Origin: a virus
IMG/VR virus record: IMGVR_UViG_3300048998_000125
Coordinates: 1-39,994 of that record
Reading direction: 5' to 3' (one strand)
Length of the DNA stretch: 39,994 bases
Position numbers and translations under genes: made by a program. Below are positions 37,563 to 39,994 of the stretch, one piece after another; positions within the stretch are counted from its first letter, which is position 1, and every line of letters starts with the position of its first letter. The notes below the pieces were generated by a model. That model searched no databases. It was not told the DNA's origin and worked only from the letters and a program-made list of their open reading frames with translations.

Positions 37563-38981
37563 ATGCAAATTCCGATCCTCAACGGTATCTATACCGACAA
37601 CGCGCCTGACTTTCGCACGCGCTATCCGCGTAACTTGATCCCGGTGCCGCTCGAGCAGGGCATCTCGAAGGGCTATTTGAAGCCGGGCACCGGCATCACC
37701 TTGTTCGGCACGGGCCCGGGGGTTGACCGCGGCGGCATCAACTGGAACGGCACGATGTTCCGGGCGATGGGCAGCAAGCTCGTCTCGGTGGACACCGGCG
37801 GCGTGGTTACCGTGATCGGCGATATCGGCGATGACGGCAAGGTCGTCACCTTCGACTATTCCTTCGACCGGCTGGCGATTTGGTCTGCTCTCAAGCTGTG
37901 GTACTGGGACGGGAAGAACCTCGACCAGGTGACCGACCCTGATCTCGGCAAGGTAATCGACGGCAACTGGATCGCCGGGTATTTCCTGAGCACCGACGGC
38001 ACGAGCCTGATCGTCACCGATCTGAACGATCCATTCGCTGTCAATCCACTGAAATACGGCTCGGCGGAGTCCGACCCTGATCCGATCATGGCCACCGACA
38101 AGCTGCGAAATGAGCAGTACGCGCTCGGCCGCTACAGCATTGAGGTGTTTCAGAATATCGGCGGCAGCCTGTTTCCGTTCCAGCGTGTGGAAGGCGCGCA
38201 GATCCCGCGCGGCATCATCGGCACACACGCATACAGTGCATTCCTGAACACCTTCGCATTTGTCGGGTCGGGGCGCAATGAAGCGCCGTCTGTGTACCTC
38301 ATGACGGCCGGCGATACGATCAAACTGGCGACACGTGAAATCGATACCGTCCTGCAGGGATACACCGAACAGCAACTCTCCGGCGTAGTGGTTGAGGCGC
38401 GCGTTGACAAGGCGCATCAGCACCTGTGGATCCATTTGCCCGACCAGGTGCTGGTCTACGATGCGGCTGCCAGTCAGGCGCTGGCCGAGCCGGTGTGGTT
38501 CACGATGACAACGAGCGTCGTGGGTCTTGGCACTTATCGCGGACGCGGCCTCGTGTGGTGTTACGGCCGCTGGCTGGCGGGCGACCCGACCAGTGCGAGC
38601 CTGGGCATTCTGGACGACAGCGTCTCGACGCACTTCGGACAGACTACCGGTTGGGAATTCGGCACGCAGGTGCTGTACCTGGCCGGCAACGATGGCATCG
38701 TTCATGAGATCGAACTGGTTTGCTTGACCGGCAGCGTTGCGCTCGGCACCGACCCAGTCGTATGGACCAGCTACACGCTGGACGGCCAGACGTGGAGCCA
38801 GGAGCGACCGGCCAAGGTCGGGAAACAGGGGGATCGGCAGAAGCGCATTGCCTGGCGTGAGCAGGGCACGATGCGGCTGTGGCGCGTGCAGAAATTCCGC
38901 GGCACCAGCGAAGCACACCTGACCGTTGCAAGGCTCGAAGCGCAGGTCGAACCGCTATTCACCAGGCCGCGCAATGCCTAG
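37563..38981 (+). CDS. Tail hub / DNA-stabilisation protein (P22 gp10-like)
   Basis: 472 aa, as in P22 gp10. HLPDQVLVYDAAASQ matches P22 HLPRHVLVYDASSSQ. The N-terminus MQIPILNGIYTD.APDFRTRYPRNLIPVP parallels MPIQQLPMMKGMGKDFKNADYIDYLPVNM. Confidence 0.85.
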   Translation: MQIPILNGIYTDNAPDFRTRYPRNLIPVPLEQGISKGYLKPGTGITLFGTGPGVDRGGINWNGTMFRAMGSKLVSVDTGGVVTVIGDIGDDGKVVTFDYSFDRLAIWSALKLWYWDGKNLDQVTDPDLGKVIDGNWIAGYFLSTDGTSLIVTDLNDPFAVNPLKYGSAESDPDPIMATDKLRNEQYALGRYSIEVFQNIGGSLFPFQRVEGAQIPRGIIGTHAYSAFLNTFAFVGSGRNEAPSVYLMTAGDTIKLATREIDTVLQGYTEQQLSGVVVEARVDKAHQHLWIHLPDQVLVYDAAASQALAEPVWFTMTTSVVGLGTYRGRGLVWCYGRWLAGDPTSASLGILDDSVSTHFGQTTGWEFGTQVLYLAGNDGIVHEIELVCLTGSVALGTDPVVWTSYTLDGQTWSQERPAKVGKQGDRQKRIAWREQGTMRLWRVQKFRGTSEAHLTVARLEAQVEPLFTRPRNA

Positions 38982-39705
38982 CGACCTGAGCGTCTCGACG
39001 CGGCTCATCACGCGCAACAAGCTGGCGCAGTTTCTCAAAAACCACGAGCTGATCAAGGCGTTCGAGAACCTGCAAACCGACGTTGCGGATGTGCTGCCGG
39101 CCATGTCTGCCGAAGCGCTGTCCGCTGCAGAAGCCGCGATGGCGCTGGCCGATTTGCTGGCGTCCCTCGGCTTCATCATGGCCGTGCCGGCCACCACGAC
39201 CCCAAACGCCCGGGCGCTGGCAGTCGGCGCCGGCTTGACACTGACCGACGGCGGCGCCGGCAATAGCGTCGTTCTCAACCTGGCAACAAGCGGCTTCGGC
39301 GCTGTGCTCGCGGCCTCAATTTCCGAGAATGCCGGCACCTACATTAACGCGCCCGGCATGACGCTCACCCTCGAAGCAAATTCGACCTATATGGTCGATG
39401 GCGTTTTCGAGTTTCAATCCGATGCTGCCGTGCCAACTGTCGGCCTCGGCTTCACGTTACCTACGGGCGCCGTCATCAGCGGGCAGCACGGTCACCTGCT
39501 CGACCTGGCACCCTTGACCGGCCCGTCCGGTGCCGTGGGTGGTGTTGCCGCGGCGGGTCCGATATCCCTCATTACGGGCCATTGGATTATCAAGACCGGA
39601 GCCACGGCCGGCGCGGCGCAACTGCGGTTCAAGTCGCTGGCGACCGGCTACGCGGTGACCCTGCTGCAGAACCGGTGCTCGATCGGTTCGCGCCGGGTGG
39701 CGTGA
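38974..39705 (+). CDS. Tail needle / plug-position protein (gp26 slot), 243 aa
   Basis: ATG 38974 overlaps the gp10-like stop (ATGCCTAG). The N-terminal helical segment is ITRNKLAQFLKNHELIKAFENLQTDVADVL, followed by a Gly/Ala/Thr-rich beta region. The assignment is positional only. Confidence 0.55.
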   Translation: MPSDLSVSTRLITRNKLAQFLKNHELIKAFENLQTDVADVLPAMSAEALSAAEAAMALADLLASLGFIMAVPATTTPNARALAVGAGLTLTDGGAGNSVVLNLATSGFGAVLAASISENAGTYINAPGMTLTLEANSTYMVDGVFEFQSDAAVPTVGLGFTLPTGAVISGQHGHLLDLAPLTGPSGAVGGVAAAGPISLITGHWIIKTGATAGAAQLRFKSLATGYAVTLLQNRCSIGSRRVA

Positions 39706-39729
39706 TCCTGACCATAAAAAGCTATCGCG

Positions 39730-39759
39730 CTTGCAATTTCCAATAGTCATTGACTATAA
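39730..39759 (+). promoter_or_regulatory. Sigma70-like promoter upstream of the cupin-like and ejection-protein genes
   Basis: TTGCAA (39730-39735), an 18-nt spacer, then TATAAT (39754-39759), within a 141-nt intergenic gap. Confidence 0.5.
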
Positions 39760-39846
39760 TCAACGCATTCCGGGCCATTTAGTGTCTGGATAGCCGAGCC
39801 TACTGAGCAGCCGGCAGCTCACATAGTCCCCGTCAGGGAGAATGTG

Positions 39847-39994
39847 ATGCAGCCAGTGGCAGATCGCCAAGTCCAACCCGCAGCAGCGCCCACGCGCGCG
39901 CAGATCGATCACTTCGAATCCGAGTTGCGGAAACTCCCTCAAAAAGAAGCACGTACCGAGCATACGTTCGGCCCGGGGTTCTACGCCCGAACCA
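39847..39994 (+). CDS. 5' end of a 153-aa cupin-like virion-module protein (same gene as 1..441; gene = 39847..39867 + 1..441 on the circle)
   Basis: ATG 39847 lies 5 nt after GGGAGA. It reads MQPVADRQVQPAAAPTRAQIDHFESELRKL..., in frame with track ORF 58..441 (39925 corresponds to position 58). Confidence 0.65.
   Translation, partial: MQPVADRQVQPAAAPTRAQIDHFESELRKLPQKEARTEHTFGPGFYART
39868..39994. repeat. Terminal direct repeat, copy 2 of 2 (identical to 1..127)
   Basis: Same 127-nt string caagtccaacccgcagcagc...ctacgcccgaacca as at the window start. Confidence 0.95.

Noticed and set aside
1-39994. CRISPR arrays, diversity-generating retroelement (as in BPP-1-type podophages), rRNA genes
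   Set aside because: No regularly spaced direct repeats were seen. There is no reverse transcriptase ORF and no TR/VR repeat pair near the tail-fibre gene. Nothing resembles rRNA.

Overview
The window is a complete, circularly closed phage genome. Bases 1-127 are identical to 39868-39994, so the unique length is 39,867 bp. It is a temperate P22-like (lambdoid-organised) podophage or prophage from a high-GC host (about 60% by eye), probably a beta-proteobacterium; the host call is inference only. All domain calls come from motif recognition by eye, with no database search.

Layout:
- Rightward late/virion block (29.3-39.7 kb, wrapping to 9.1 kb): small and large terminase, P22-type portal, scaffold, P22-type coat, gp4-like and gp10-like tail adaptors, needle-like protein and a cupin-like protein. 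These are followed by three ejection/internal proteins (the last with an SLT lytic transglycosylase domain), a tailspike (P22 gp9-like head-binding N-terminus plus S74 self-cleaving chaperone C-terminus), and a three-gene lysis cassette.
- Accessory island (9.1-11.6 kb): a truncated SRAP gene, a 1,709-bp IS1595-family element with passenger genes and a clean 8-bp target duplication that splits an 87-aa gene, and a putative attP with five CTGTCACA arm repeats.
- About 12 kb leftward early operon (23.76 to 11.58 kb), almost entirely translationally coupled. It runs from PL/OL through two unknown proteins, micro-ORFs, YqaJ exonuclease, RecT and a 613-bp hairpin-dense non-coding gap containing a tRNA mimic. 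It continues with a 692-aa C5-cytosine methyltransferase carrying nine tandem TRD-like modules, an HxHPW protein, a Dam-type N6A methyltransferase, one oppositely oriented membrane-protein gene, HNH endonuclease, xis and int.
- Immunity region (23.9-25.5 kb): a CI-like S24 repressor co-transcribed with a TM protein and a lipoprotein carrying an HNH-like motif, a Cro-like gene, and six copies of a 14-bp palindromic operator TTAGG-N4-CCTAA (3 at OL, 3 at OR).
- Rightward early operon (25.3-29.3 kb): DUF1376/DnaD-like replication organiser containing five tandem heptamers, RusA, and a mini M56-like HExxH membrane protein.

No rRNA, CRISPR array, reverse transcriptase or canonical tRNA was seen.

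Most interesting:
- the structured non-coding region with the anticodon-less tRNA-like element
- the hyper-modular C5 methyltransferase
- the IS with a self-promoted passenger cassette
- the antisense-embedded membrane gene
- the unusual third lysis gene
- the hydrophobic N-terminal extension on the coat ORF
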